A stretch of DNA of 64,000 bases from Amphiscolops sp. MND2022 (lineage: Eukaryota), in the NCBI GenBank assembly GCA_964187785.1, contig OZ076413.1, positions 48,238,001-48,302,000 of the forward strand, in the 5' to 3' direction. The notes below the pieces were generated by a model. The model saw only the letters and a list, made by a program, of their open reading frames with translations. It ran no database searches and was not told the DNA's origin. Below are positions 35,961 through 49,374 of this stretch, one piece after another (position 1 is the stretch's first letter; each line of letters starts with the position of its first letter). The position numbers and the translations under genes were made by a program.

Positions 35961-38377
35961 GTATTAATCAACATACGATTACTATGCAAGGTTTTTCTTT
36001 GAATAAGATTATGTTGACTTTGAATAAGATTACGTAATCCACTTATCGATTGTGTCTCATATGACAATTATATTGGTATTGGGTTTCCATAACGTATTAT
36101 TGGGTTAGTAGATCGTTTCACGAAGACTTTCGTGTTATGAACATTAATGTCGTTTATTTTCAAGGTATCTATATGCGCTGTATTTATTGAATCGGTATCA
36201 CCGTTTTGTCTACGATTGTGATGACGTCCGGATTTTTTTCTACGGTTCGTCTTGCCTCTTGGTGTTGTTCTTAATTCATGTTTTTTGTGCATGCGTAGAT
36301 TGCTCTTGTCTATTTCTTGTTAACTTAATTCTTCCCCTCCCGTATACTGGACTGATGTATGTGAGACAGTTTTGGGTTGTATTTTCCAGTACGGTTTCTG
36401 CAAGAGTAGGGCCGCTGTTCCTTTCAACGTAGTCTGGTTGAGTACTCAATCCTTCCAGCCCTGTTTGAATCTTTTGTTCGATTGTCATTTGGATGACCTG
36501 ACCATCCGGTCAGTTTGGATTGTTTCCGCAACCAGACAGTGGGTTATGAAATGCAGGTCATACCGGTTTAGTCATTCGTTGCCGGTATTGTCTTGATTGT
36601 GCCTGTCTCGAGGTTGACCTTTCCTTTGAAAATTGGTATGGAATTTTAATAATTACATCAATCAGTTTTCTAGGACTGATGTCCATCCTGATGCCCATCC
36701 CCGTTTGAGAAAGAGTAGAGTTTTGATGTCTCCGGATTTGCAGAAACAACACTGAATGCGGAGTTTGATGCTTTGTTCAAATTGTTATTCCTTTCCAATC
36801 ACTGTTTTTGTCCGTATCATTTCTCAAACAGCAATTATTTAACTGGTGAATGGACCATTATTTTCATTGCGTTTAGTGATCCGTTTTTTGCACCTTTGAC
36901 ATTGCATCCGTCCAATAGATTGGTAGGCATATAAACGTTTGCGTTTCTGCTACTGTCGCCTAGTCCAGTCCGTATGTAATCTTATGGTGTTGAATTCAAC
37001 ATTTTTATGTTTTGGTTCTATTGAAGTTCGCGATCTTCTCGTCCACAAAAGGCCGTGTCTTCATCTTTTGCAAAGATTTGCGGTGTGCCATTTATTATGA
37101 TGTGTTACTCAAAAAGTAAGCAGATACATGAAGCTGACCACATACTATACCGATCGATTGACCATTAAATAACAAATCTCTGGTGCTGAAATCCGAATGG
37201 TTTTATCAAAACTCTGAATGGGTTCAAGATTTGGTTTTTAATCGGTGGTGAATAGTTTGTATCTGTCAATATAATTCGAGGTTTAACTATTTACCTGCCA
37301 TTTTGTATGGTCGGCATTCATCTCATTCATCTCATTTTTGGTTGGATGTCTTTCCCCACTTTAGTCACCAGTAAAGCTGTTCTGCTGTTTGTCTTTCTGA
37401 ACATACCAGAGATTTAAAGAGCTTGTTGTCGTTGGTTGGCTTTTTCTGATGCTACTGTCTGTCAAAATTTGCTGCTCCGCTTTTCTTATGGTCTCCTTTA
37501 GATTCTAAGATTCTATTTTCTGTTCCCTTGTATGTGGCTCGGCTCAATCTGTAAATAAAGTTTCTAAAGTGAATCGCTGGTACGTTTGAGGATTCTATCG
37601 GACTGGTTGACATTATATTGATGCTTTGATGATTTATTGCTTGTGCAGGAGTGTCTATGCTATTGTTTTGTTGGTCCAGATTTGGGAGTTGTGTGTTTCT
37701 AATTGGTTGAATTACCCTATGCAGTTACTCGCGTTGTTGAATTTCTTCTGCAAAATCTTGGTTGTGTTTTTCTACACTTTTCCAGAGTATTTAATCCCTG
37801 CGTTGATGGAATTCTGTTTCGATTTGTTCGATATCCGCTCGATGGTTGCGGGGTGGATTGTATCAATTCCATGATCCGTTTGTCAATCAGTATTTGCCTT
37901 ATTTTGTTAATTCTTTCCGTGCGTTTGTCACGTTCAGTGTTGCTTATGATGGGCCTCACGTTCTGTCTGCTCCATTTAAGAACGAATATTCATTTCGGTT
38001 TCACGTGTTGCTGGTTGATAATTTGTACTTTTGACGGGGAAAACTGTCTTCTGAGTTGAAAGAAATAAAATGCGTTCGTTCAATTCAATTCTTTTTGATT
38101 TCAAATTTATTTTTGTTTTTCTTTTGAGATTCGTCAGTTTCCTGCTCACACTTCTCTGTTTGGTCCCCTCGCACTTCTTTTCATGACTCTTCGATACGTT
38201 CATAGTGGTTGATAAATTAAGTAGTACTAATTTGCCATTGATTACATATTGTTCATCGTAACTCCCAATTGGTGCTGATTTCGATACTGGATTTTTACTC
38301 AAGTAAGCTGTTAGTCCCCGGAGGCTGCCTGCAATATGTTTTACTTTGATCTCGAGGTGTGCTAATCTGTCCAACAA

Positions 38378-38644
38378 TCTTGTAAGCCCCTTTTGACTTT
38401 TTTCGGCACTGTGCGACTTTGTTTTCGAAATTTTTTTTGATGTCCCAAAGCGTCCCTGCTTTGAGTTTTTTTGTTATTTTGCAACAAAATGCATGTTTAT
38501 AAATCAAAAAGAGTCCCACTTTTACATTTTTCGGCACTGTGCGACAATTTCCGAAAAAGAAAATTTTTGAAAACTTCCAAAAAAAATGTTTTGCCCTTTC
38601 GGTGCCCTAGATATAGCGCCGACTTTAGACGTTCTCGTCTTGTT
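38378..38644 (+). mobile_element. Truncated HINE-like element
   Basis: Ends GATATAGCGCCGACTTTAGACGTTCTCGTCTTGTT. Confidence 0.7.
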
Positions 38645-40829
38645 TGTCTCTGCTATAGTGCTGGTCCAAAATCTTTGATTTGCGTCATAGTGCGCTAAAC
38701 ATGATTGTTTATGACGCATTCGTTTGCTTCGTTGGGAGTTTTTGTATGGTCTTCTGTCAAATTTTTTTCGTCTTGTTTCATTTTCGTTGCATATCAATGT
38801 TTCCAGATAGATTTTCAAAATTCTATGATAATTGAATGGGTCTCAAAAACATGTGATCCACGGTCCATACTGAACTTGATTGATACGTTTTAAATCAAAA
38901 ATGTCGCGTTGTAAAATTCTGCTCTTCGGTTTGTCACTGTTCTCTTCTTGATTGGTTGTAGCCCCGAGTATCTTCCTCCGCTGATAACGTCCTTCTCTCA
39001 AGGTGCTGCACTTTTTTCCGAATATCTGCACATCTTCTCCTTGTGTCTTTTGTTTTCACAATTTTTGCTCTGAGACGGATTTGCAAAGCACATACTCTGT
39101 CAGTGTAATTCGGTACGCCGCATTGTTCATATCAGGTATCTCTATGTCTGAATATTCGACTATCCAGTCTTTTCTTCGTTCTTCATAACTCGATATCTAT
39201 GACCATCTTTTTTGTATTGCAGATCTTGGACATGTTTTTCCCCTCTCCCTTCGTTTGAGTTCTTTGAATAATTTAATCGACTCTATATGTTTTCTTGTAT
39301 TAGTGCTGCAATGGTCTCGTTGATGATGTCATTTTTTTCTTGAGTTCGTAGTTTTAGGTCGACCTAACAAGAACAACCTTTTGGTTTGATAAGTTCTGCA
39401 GGTGTTACATTTTTGCTTTTGCAGTTTTCTTGGCTATTAGTATCCATGTCCATACGTCTTCGGCAGCGTCATACGATTCTCTTCTTTTCCACGAAAGGTC
39501 CTTTGACTGTGTAGTTTGTTTGGTTTTGGTATGAAGTGTAACTGGAACTACGAACAGAGCTGATTATGACCATTTTCTTGTATCATTATCTCTAACGCTT
39601 GTGATTTCCGTAATAGCTGATTCCCCCAGTGCCCAGATGAATAACCCCTTGATCCGCTGTTCTAGGTAGTCTCTTTATTCGTGTAACACTTCTCTGACTA
39701 TTGTCATCTGGTTCAAGTCGATGCCCTTTGTTTGTTGTTTTGATATTTTATGTGAAACTTCGCCACCATAACGTCCAGATGCTGCGTTTATCTAATGTGG
39801 GTAACGTACTATCTTCGTGCGTTTTTTCCGCTTATACCGACCCAGTGACAATTATAAAACATATACCTGGTGCTTAAATCCAAACGGTTTCATCAAAACT
39901 CTGAATGGATTCATGATTTGGTTTCTATTCGGTGGTAAATAGTTTGTTTCTGTCAGTGTAATTTGAAGTTAAACTATTCACCTGCCTTTTTGAATGATCT
40001 GCATTCAACTGGCCGCGTGGTAAAATTGCTCTCTTCGGTTTGCTACTGTTCTCTTCTTGATTTTGTTGTAGTCTCAAGTATCTTCCTCCGCTGATGACGT
40101 CCTTTTCTCAAGGTGCTGCACTTTTCAAATATCTGCATATCTTGTCGTTGTGTCTTTTGTGTTCACAGTTCTGCTCTGAGACGAATTTGCAACGCACATA
40201 CTCTGTCAGTGTAATTCGGTACGCCGCATTGTTCATATCAGGTATCTCTATGTCTGAATATTCGACTATCCAGTCTTTTCTTCGTTCTTCATAACTCGAT
40301 ATCGTTGACCATCTTCTTTTGTATGTTAGATCTTGGACATATTTTACCCCTCTCCCTTCGTTTGAGTTATTTAAATCATTTATTCGACTGTGCATGTTTT
40401 CGTGTATCAGTGCTGCAAAGGTCTCGTTGATAATCTCTTTTTCTTCTTGAGCTCGTAGTTTTAGGTCGATCTACCCAACAATAAAAACATTTTTGATTTG
40501 ATAAGTTTTGCCGGTTGGATAATTATCTCTAACGCTTGTGATTTCCGAAATAGCCGATTCTCCCAGTGCCAAGATGAATAACCCCTTGATCTGCCGTTCT
40601 AGAACGTCTCTCTGTTCATGCAACACTTCCCTGACTATTATCATCTGGTTCAAGTCGATGCGTTTTGTCATTTTGATAATTTGTGTGAAACTTCGCTACA
40701 ATAAAATATAGATGCTGTGTTTATCTAATGTTGGTAACGTACTATCTTGGTGCGTTTTTTTCTGCTTTTTGTTTTACCTTTTTCGGACTTTCCATTTTTG
40801 GGGATTTTGTACTTTCTGACTTTGGTGTT

Positions 40830-41054
40830 CTGACTGCGCCATGTGGAACGATCATGTAACTTATAACAATGATAGGAAGTTAGGAAGTAGGCATTGCAAT
40901 ACTGTATTCTGTAAGTACTAAAATCAATGTATAATGGCTTTGCAAGTCTTTTTCTTGTATAAGTTTTCTTAAGAATAAGTTGAGAGGTACTAAACATTCA
41001 GTTTGCCTATCAGAAACAAAAGAGGTGAACTTAAATTAGTGAACATCTGTCACA
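40830..41054 (-). promoter_or_regulatory. Short 5' LTR (40842-41054) and tRNA-Ser-type PBS (40841-40830)
   Basis: TGTGAC...TTCCACA followed by TGGCGCAGTCAG, complementary to the tRNA-Ser end ...GACTGCGCCA; lies directly upstream of the gag remnants. Confidence 0.6.
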
Positions 41055-41221
41055 CTTCAACTAATACACATCTATATTGAAAACAATTGCTTTTATCAGT
41101 CAAAACTGTGAGTGGTAGACTATGCATTTGGTTGTGGAAATTGCGCCCTATTCAGCCTAATCTCGACAGAACCTATTTAGTGAACTTCATGTAAGTGTTC
41201 CGGTGCCTACAATTCCTAATT

Positions 41222-41880
41222 AGCCGAGACCGGCCCAAGTCCTTGAATATACAAATGAAACTGTTTTAAAATTTTTATCACATTCTCAGCGCCAAAAAAT
41301 ACCTCAAAGGATACGCAAAACAACATTTTTCGCAACTGAAAATAAAAAATCCATATTCGAGAAAGTTTTTTCGTAGTTATGAAAATGGAACTCTCAGCTC
41401 GGAAAACTACTTTTTCTCCAGCTGAAGTTTGCTATGAAAGCGGCACGGTACCCTTTGACCAAATGAAAGCTTCGGAAAAAAAACGCAAAGGGCCAAAAAG
41501 CATCAACAAAGTATGGTAAAGTATTCAGAATAGAACAGCTGATTGTTTAAGTTCAAAAAGAACAAAGTCTCACAAAACCGGAAAAAAATCGAGAAGGGAG
41601 ACCCTTTGGCTTCAAATGATTTTGTATCAACTCTAAATATCCTAAAAATCGAAAAGAGGGACCCTTTTGTATCATTGAAAACTTTTCCAAGAAACGTTGT
41701 ACCCTGTATGGGTCGTGTTATTGTCGAAGGATACTCCTTAGCACTTTTTAGCCAAAAGGGGCATTGTCAAAATTGAAGAAGTTTTGATATAAATATTTTG
41801 GACAGTTCAGGTGTATGGAAAATAAACTGACGAAAAGCCATGACTATAGTCGACTCTTTTCTTAAGAAAAGTTCCGACTA
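41222..41880 (-). mobile_element. HINE-like element (degenerate)
   Basis: GCCGAGACCGGCCCAAGTC at left; GACTATAGTCGAC...CCGACT at right. Confidence 0.65.
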
Positions 41881-42045
41881 AAATGAAATTCTGGGAACCA
41901 TTTGATCTCGTTGTTAAAAAATCATTCAGTTTTTCGGATTGTTGTGTAAAATGAAACACAAAATCCAAAGAAAAGTTTACTGATGTTCGACATTTTTTGG
42001 AAGTGTTTTACGACTAACTATGTACTAACTGTTCTAACTTATGAT

Positions 42046-42888
42046 TAGGGGGAACCAAATGCTATAAATGCTATTAATGAAGATTCAGTCAACATACCCG
42101 TTGGTTAACGATATCATTTCGTCGTTAAAAGCCTGTACAATCAAAAATAAAACCCGGGCTGACTATTTCAAGGACTTGGGATCAGTACCCGATCCAGTTA
42201 CTACACGATGGGGTACATGGATTACGGCAGCCTTGTGGTATGCAGAGCACTGGGTTCAAGTACGCGAAATTGTGTTGGGATTTGAAGGAGAGGGTGTTTT
42301 GGTGACAAAAGTTATTGCTGCTTTTTCAGCACCCGGGGTTGCCGCACAGCTTGTTGAAATTTCTCGAGTGTACGCAGAATTACCTGCACTTATACTTCAG
42401 TTAGAACACCACGAATGCACTCAGTTACAAGGTTATCAAAAAATCCAGTCTTGGGTAACAACTATCGAAAACGAAGAAGCTGCAAAAGATATACTTGTTT
42501 ACCTGAAAAGCCGACTTTCGAAAATGCCTGATCTACAAAAGCTCATTGATCCACCTGATGATTGTGACCCAAACATTATATCTCTGTTACAAAGATCTCC
42601 AGCGTCCGATGCTGTTATTGAGAGGTCATTTTCAAAATTGAGAAAACTTTTGGCATCAGATAGAAACTTTGCAGACGAAAATTTGCCTGATTATGTAATT
42701 GGCTTTGTTAATTCATCTGAATAATTAACAATATGCATCCAAGTAATTGTTTTTTCAATAGTTTTTGGGCGAGTAAAATACAAAAAAATCAATTTTAAGT
42801 GCTATTTTTAGTGCTATTTTAAAGTTTTTTGAGTGCTATTTAATAGCGCTATAAAAACGTTTGTTAGTGCTATTGTTGGTCCCCCCTA
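42046..42888 (+). mobile_element. hAT transposon internal-deletion derivative (843 bp)
   Basis: 13-bp TIR TAGGGGG(A/G)ACCAA, perfect 8-bp TSD CTTATGAT (42038-42045 and 42889-42896), subterminal TGCTAT repeats. Confidence 0.95.
42068..42724 (+). CDS. C-terminal half of a hAT transposase (insertion domain plus dimerization domain)
   Basis: Uninterrupted 218 aa; TTRWGTW and SPASDAVIERSFS motifs. Confidence 0.8.
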   Translation: MLLMKIQSTYPLVNDIISSLKACTIKNKTRADYFKDLGSVPDPVTTRWGTWITAALWYAEHWVQVREIVLGFEGEGVLVTKVIAAFSAPGVAAQLVEISRVYAELPALILQLEHHECTQLQGYQKIQSWVTTIENEEAAKDILVYLKSRLSKMPDLQKLIDPPDDCDPNIISLLQRSPASDAVIERSFSKLRKLLASDRNFADENLPDYVIGFVNSSE

Positions 42889-43365
42889 CTTATGATTAAA
42901 TGGAATACAGCACCGCGTACAAAAGAGTTTGTCTAGAATTGAATCTGTGCAGAAGAGAAATAATTTTTAATTCAAGCGCATGTGCAATGTTTTTGAAAAT
43001 TAGCCAGTGACAAATGAAGTATTTGTATGCCCCATTTTAGAGTAAAACTGTTATGGAACTTGTTGATCACTTTTCTACGGAAGGAATGAAAATGTTGAAA
43101 TTTGTGAACCTCAATCTTGAAGCATCTCTGAAAAACATTTCATCGTCGGTAACAGCGATGCGCACTGTTGATAACAAATTTCTGAAATCTTCCGCTATTT
43201 TATGTTGGTTTTCAAAGTGTATTTCAGAAGAGTAGACTTGAAAAGCCACTTCGCTTCCTTTACTTCCCGATTATGTGCATAATTTAACATCCCAAGAACG
43301 TTTGATATCTACAACAAGCTAGTCACCGTAAATACTTCGAAGGAACTACAACCACTTCAACAGCT

Positions 43366-43746
43366 AACAAGACGGGAGCGTCCCAAGTCGGCGCCATATC
43401 TAAGACTCAAAAAGATTCAAGGAACAACTATTGGAAACATTTGGGAAAAAATATTTTTTTCAAAACAAGTATTTGGTTAAAAAAATCGCACAATGCCGAA
43501 AAACCCAAAAAGAGGTCTTTTAGGCTCATTAAACGTTTTTTTACAAACTTAAAACTTCAAAAAAATGCAAGGGGGTACCCTTCGATAAAATTCGAAAATT
43601 TTCGAAAAAAGTCGCATAGTGCCGGAAAAAAACCCAAAGGGGGGACCCTTTGGTCTAACTTGTACATTTTATTTATGGTTTAGTAAAATTAATGGTTTAG
43701 TGCGAGAATCGAACCCACGCTCTCCGGGTTCATAAAAGGCGCCGAA
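43366..43746 (-). mobile_element. HINE-like element with a tRNA B-box-like segment
   Basis: AACAAGACGGGAGCGTCCCAAGTCGGCGCCATATC end; GGGTTCGATTCTC on the minus strand at ~43704-43716. Confidence 0.7.
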
Positions 43747-44540
43747 CAAAAACATGATTCCGTTTGATTGAGAAGCAAAGTGAAAATGTTGAAATTGGTT
43801 TTTTAACATATAACGTCAGCCTTTTGTATACTGCTGAAAACGACAGATGTTACAGAAGTACGTACCAAACCATCATAAAAACTAAAAAAATAGAGCACGA
43901 GACGATGGCGGAAAACGTTAGGAAAATGTTCGAATCTTTCGCATTATTAATTTATATCGCTGTTGTTTTCAGTTGAAAAAGTTGACCATTAGCAGAATTG
44001 CTGAAATTTGCGTTGTTTTGTTTCGGGGATTTTAGAGTGGGTTAACATCAGGATTACCCATGACCCAATATAATCTTTTCGGTTTAAACGTGTCAAATTT
44101 CCGCATTTTAAAGATGATGTTGGCTTAAAGCGGAACCTATTAACAGAGAAGTAGACTCAAAAAGTCATTCATTGGGCAGTGAATTGAAACGCACTTTTTC
44201 TTGGGGAATCACTGCAAGTAAAAGACATTGATTAAAACTTGTCAGAAAAAATATGCAGCGATTGTGGAAACTAAATGAGAGTGTACTTGACTTCAGGATT
44301 GAAGTCAGTTGTTGATTTGCGAGTTAACATTTGATAAAAGTTCCGGTGTTGAAAGTCACAATTCGTCTATGTATTCACTCAAACCAATGGTCCAAGTTGC
44401 AATTTCAGACGACACATTCATTTAAAAATATGTCCGAAGTAATTCAAATTATGTCCGACTAAAGTGACTGGTTCATTTTTTTCAAGACTGTAAAGCTCAC
44501 ACTGAACTTTTTGAAGAGACAGACTATCTGTGAAAAATCC

Positions 44541-44610
44541 GCGATTTGGCCTAGTGGTTCAGATACCTGCTTCTCAAGCAGGCAGTCGCGTGTTCGTGTC
44601 TGCGAATCCT
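44541..44610 (+). mobile_element. tRNA-derived (Glu-CTC-like) SINE head or tRNA pseudogene, copy 1
   Basis: A box TGGCCTAGTGG, anticodon arm CCTGC-TTCTCAA-GCAGG and B-box-like GTTCGTGTC. Acceptor and T stems pair poorly. Confidence 0.65.
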
Positions 44611-45113
44611 AATATGGGAGATTTTTCCCGCCATGAGCGTAAAAATTTGTAGATTTTACACGTTCTGGTTTTGTTCTTTGATTATTCCACAAATGTTTTT
44701 AAAAAATTCAACTCAAATGATATTTTCCGCCCCGACTATTTTCTGAAAAATTTTAATCAAATTAAGATATCTATTTCCATTATTCCGGAGTGTTTACTTC
44801 CAAAAGGCACTTCTACTTTTCCATGTCAGTGCCCTTTTCAAATACTCCTGATAACAAATTCTGGTACCTTGATTGGAGCAACTTGCCAACTTTGCGCTTT
44901 AAGGTCGGCTGTTTTGTCAGTTACGCAATCGGCCGCTTTGCTACCTTTGTTGAATCGACAGTTTTGCTACGTTTCCTGAATAGGCCGTTTTGTTAAGTCT
45001 ACTATTGTTAAGTCGTTTTGTGGCGTATCCATTTCTGTATACGTTATCAGTACGTACCAAAAGACACGAACATTACGTACCAAAAGACAGAAAAAATTTC
45101 ACGAACATTACAT

Positions 45114-46748
45114 GAAGAAGAAGAAGAATTTATTTATTTGGAAATTCATACCAAATGTCAAGCAACAAAATAGCATGTATTCCAAAAAGAACAGGAAAAG
45201 AGCTTTTCAGCTCGTCTAGTCCCTGTCCTATAAAACAATTGTTTCGTTTTCTTAGCGTGATCTTAGCATTTCCTGATCTTAGCATTTCCTAGCAATAGGA
45301 AAAATAGTTCGGAATGATCCTTGTTGTCTGCCACGTAGAGTGTACCCAACTTTCTAACGTAATTTTTCGTTTGATCATCTGATTGTTTCAACAAAGTTGC
45401 GGGTATCAAATTATTCGCTTTCAACAACTTGTAACATTTATTGAGAGCACTTTTCAAACTTTTTTCCTGCATTACACTCCGGTGGGTGGTTGCAAGTAGA
45501 AGGCTTTTTGCTTTTTTTCCGGTGTTGTTTTTATTGTTTGTGTTTGTGGATAAGTAGGCACATGGTGAGTTTGATTTCAAATGCTTAAGAACTTCGTTTA
45601 CAACTTCAATTTTAGACAATTCATAAATATTACAATAGTTGTACTTCATTAAAATTTCGCAAAAGGAATTTTGTGATTTTTTGAAAAAAATTGGCTCGAA
45701 TAATTCGGCGCTGAGCTTTATTGATGTTTTCTGAATGTGTTTTTCTGAAACTGCCATAGTTTACAAGGCCATATTTTATCACTGATGTCACATACGCATT
45801 ATCAAATTGAAGTAAAAAGTTAGGTTGATACATATGCCTTATTTTGTAAATAAGTCCACAGAACTTACCTAGTTTTTTTAAATAATTTGCATACTCACGA
45901 AATGTTAACGCTTTGTCCAAAGGAAAACTCAAAAAATGGCAGATTTTTTGTTTGAAATTTCTTCGCCAAATGCTTTTCCCAAGTTTGGTACACTTTTTGA
46001 TCCAAACGTAGAATGCTCACATTTTGATATATTAACAGTCAATTTGTTGGCCGCAAACCACTTTCTTAATTGTTAGACATCTTCACTCAAGTCAATGGTA
46101 GACTTCAGGTACGATTTCATGATTACTAAAATTGGTCCACGGTATTCATATTTCTGTTCTTTGTGTATCAACATTTGATGATCGAGGGTGTCAAATGCTT
46201 TTTGTAGATCTATTGAAGCATACATGACCATTCGTTCGTGATATGAGCTTTTCGCGAATATATTCTGTCACTTGCATGATGGCGCTGCTACAAGACATCT
46301 TTGATCTGAATCCAAACTGATCAGGATTGAAAAGTCTGTTTTTGTTGTCAAATAGTGTCCTTTTTTGCACAAGACTCTCTCAAACACTTTACTTATAGGG
46401 CCTAATAAACTTATCGGTCGATACTTCGAGGTGTCATCTGTTGTTCCTTTTTTGAACACAGAATTAACTTTTGCTATTTTCAAGCAATCCGGAAAATGTT
46501 TATTTTCAATTGCTTGGTTGATACCTTCGGCAAGGCATGGATCAATGATTGGAGAACATAGTTTCAAAATTTTGTTGCTGATCTCGTCATTACCTGCGCT
46601 GCTTTTACTTTTCTTTTTCGTTATTAACTTACTGATTCCTTTCGCGTCGTTCAGGCTAATAACCGTTGAATTGATGTTTCGTTTTTCTTGATCCAATAGG
46701 TTTTGTGATTTGATCATTGCAGAATATGAAGTGCCGATTTCAGTGAAA
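45114..46748 (-). pseudogene. Truncated CR1/L2-like LINE RT copy lacking the catalytic core
   Basis: KYRPISLL..SKVFER; AATAAA plus (TTC)n tail; ~200-bp deletion at ~46106 relative to the copy at 50350-50543. Confidence 0.85.
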
Positions 46749-46749
46749 T

Positions 46750-48720
46750 TGTGTTTTTCAAGCTTAGATATCCTAGAGTTTAACTCACTCTACAGTCTAT
46801 TGATCTCAGCATGAGAATTTGAACCACCTGAATTCGGGCTGTAACGGCTGCCTGCCCTTATCCTGCGCTGAGGCTTGACAAACTTTACGCCGCCCTGATC
46901 CTTTGCTTAGTACTGTGGACCGTTACTATACAAATCCTGGTTTTCTTGTTTAAAGGACTGTATCTTTTGGCTGGTGGGTCCGATGTGACCCGTGGAATCT
47001 CCGGCGATTCTTCTTTGCACTGATTTGGATCCGATGTGATCCTGCACAAACTTCCCGCTCTTTATCTTTACGCGCTCCAGCTCTCCAACTGTGAGAGTAG
47101 CTACTTGTTCGCTCTGACACTAGCGAAAAGTTGTAAAGATGTGGAAAGTTAATTAGTCGCGCGGTCTTGAGACCCAACTTGACTACTAATATTCAGTGGA
47201 GAAAATCTCTATCTAATAATGGTATACATATCGTTTACAATTCTTTTGTAAATATAAGCAAATATCAGTTGAAATGTGTTGTATAAATAAATGACATTTA
47301 AGTGAATTATTAAAGTTATTGGCTAGGTAAACAAAGAATGTGGTGGTTTTGGCATGTTGGTCAGGTGGGTTAGAAACTATGTTTACACAATGTAAATATC
47401 GTTAATTTCAACAGAGTTACATTTCCTACAAGGTCATATGAGAAAGTAACATAAACATTTAAACATCAAAAATGGGTAATTCATGGGGTCCGACCTAGGT
47501 CTGGTTGGGTGTTAATTGCTCTGAATCCAGGGGAGATACGGGGTAAAGTGTTTTGAGAGAAAAGTTATGGTAGCACCACTACTATATGTGTGCCAAGTTT
47601 CAAGGTGATTGAATGAGCCGTTCGTCGGGACGGGGGGTGGCCCTTTTTCCCTCCGGCATTTTTCTGCTGAAACTTGTAATTTTCCATTTCAAATCTTGAC
47701 AAAGTTTCTAAGTGTTTTGAGTTGTAAGTTTCAACAGTCACGTTCGAATTTGAGTTTCTGATCTCGCAATTGACTGGCGCCATCATGGGCCGTAATCGGC
47801 ATCAATACTAGGACCGATATTTCTTGATTCAGGGTATCTATTCCCATCAACATTTTCAAATTCAACGCCAAAGGCACTTTCTGACCTTCTGGCATGATTG
47901 CTATAAGGACTTTCATCTCTTTCATTTCCATTGAAATTATTCGGTCCAAGCATAATGTAAAGATTTTTTATATCAGAGAGCATCTCAATTCCTCTAGATT
48001 TCCTAGCTTTCTTTTGCTTTCTTGTAGTAGGCATTTGAAGAAAGTCCGAGTTCAAATACTTTTAATTTGTCTGGATTCGGAAAAGGTAATTTTAATGGTT
48101 TCGAACAAGTCAGTTTTCAGCAAAGGTTAACAAAATTGTGTCTACCTCAGGAGGTTGACCAGTTTATATACCTCCTGATGCATGACATATACATTCCTTT
48201 AACGATGGAATTCATGAACAACATTCCATTAATTTCTACAACAGCACTTTACATCGCTTTTAGAAGGAAAATTCCATTGGCGGCATGCAACCAAAGGTAT
48301 TTACAGTTTGTAAAAGCACTTGAATACTTCAGTTCAAAACACCTAGGTATTTGACCAACTACCGTTCAAACATGTTTGAGATAGCATCAGTTATAAACAT
48401 TTATGAACTTCAAAGGGGAAGTTGAAATCTAGGCATCCGAAAAATGTGACAGCAATTCCTGGCACGTGCAGGCATGTGGAATTATAGTAGCATCCGATTT
48501 ATTACATTGGTTCATCTGATTAGGCTTTCTTGCAACGTAAGCCCAAATAGGCTGATAGACATGGAATACACAATAGCATCCTGTCCTAATTGATCTGGTT
48601 ATTAGTTTTCAATTAAAGCAACAAGGGTCAAAATGGTCAATGGATCGTTGTTTAACAGCTTCAAATGCAAAACTTGGTATCTTAGAGAAGTTCTAAGTAC
48701 CTTTTATAAGAGTAACTGAA
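46750..48720 (-). mobile_element. Fragments of LTRs carrying the LTR-encoded ORF (MPTTRKQKKARKSR...)
   Basis: 47783-48032 aligns with the N-terminus of ORF 435 (MPxTRKQK..K.R...LSD..N..IMLG). NSNSNVTVET resembles NSRENSEITIET. NSHAEINRL.SELNSRIS at ~46765-46820. Confidence 0.65.
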
Positions 48721-48813
48721 AATATGTCCGACTAAAGTGACTGGTTCATTTTTTTCAAGACTGTAAAGCTCACACTGACCTTTTTGAAGAGACAGACTAT
48801 TTGTGGAAAATCC

Positions 48814-48883
48814 GCGATTTGGCCTAGTGGTTCAGATACCTGCTTCTCAAGCAGGCAGTCGCGTGTTCGTGTCTGCGAATCCT
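48814..48883 (+). mobile_element. tRNA-derived SINE head or tRNA pseudogene, copy 2
   Basis: Identical to 44541-44610. Confidence 0.65.
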
Positions 48884-49374
48884 AATATGGGAGATTTTTC
48901 CCGCCATGAGCGTAAAAATATGTAGATTTTACAAGTTCTGGTATTGTTCTTTGATTATTCCACCAATTTTTTCAAAAAATTCAACTCAAATGATATTTTC
49001 CGCCCCGACTAATTTCTGAAAAATTTTATTCAAATTAAAATATCTGTTTCTATTATTCCGGGGTGTTTACTTCCAAAAGGCACTTCTACTTTTCCATGTC
49101 AGTGCCCTTTTCAAATACACCTGATAACAAACCATGGTACCTTAATTGGAGCAACTTGCCAGTTTGACCATTTTGTTGCTCTTTAAGGTCGGTTGTTTTG
49201 TCACAGTTACGCAATCGGCCGCTTTGCTACCTCTGTTGAATCGACCGTTTTGCTACGTTTCTTGAATAGGCAGTTTTGTTAAGTCTACTATTGTTTAGTC
49301 ATTTTGTGGCGTCTCCATTTCTGTATAAGTTATCAGTACGTACCAAAAGACACAAAGTTTTACGAACATTACAT

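Larger units (their letters stand above)
35962..41054 (-). mobile_element. Mosaic of two internally deleted copies of a second Gypsy family (gag, RNase H and integrase remnants)
   Basis: LDRLAHLEIKVKHIAG..YLSKNP (RNase H end), LAHYDA and gag-like LFILALGESA. Internal duplications ~38905-39372/40019-40474, ~39581-39835/40520-40765 and ~37185-37322/39875-40010. Confidence 0.75.
44450..46748. repeat. Local direct duplication of 48723-51186 (SINE-like head, spacer and LINE 3' part)
   Basis: Collinear identity starting at TATGTCCGACTAAAGTGACTGG (offset 4273) and ending at TTTCAGTGAAA. Confidence 0.9.

Noticed and set aside
35962..36066. 3' LTR partner of 40842-41054
   Set aside because: Only patchy similarity, no PPT and no TSD.
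44541..44610. Functional tRNA-Glu gene
   Set aside because: Acceptor and T stems do not pair properly; treated as a SINE head or pseudogene.
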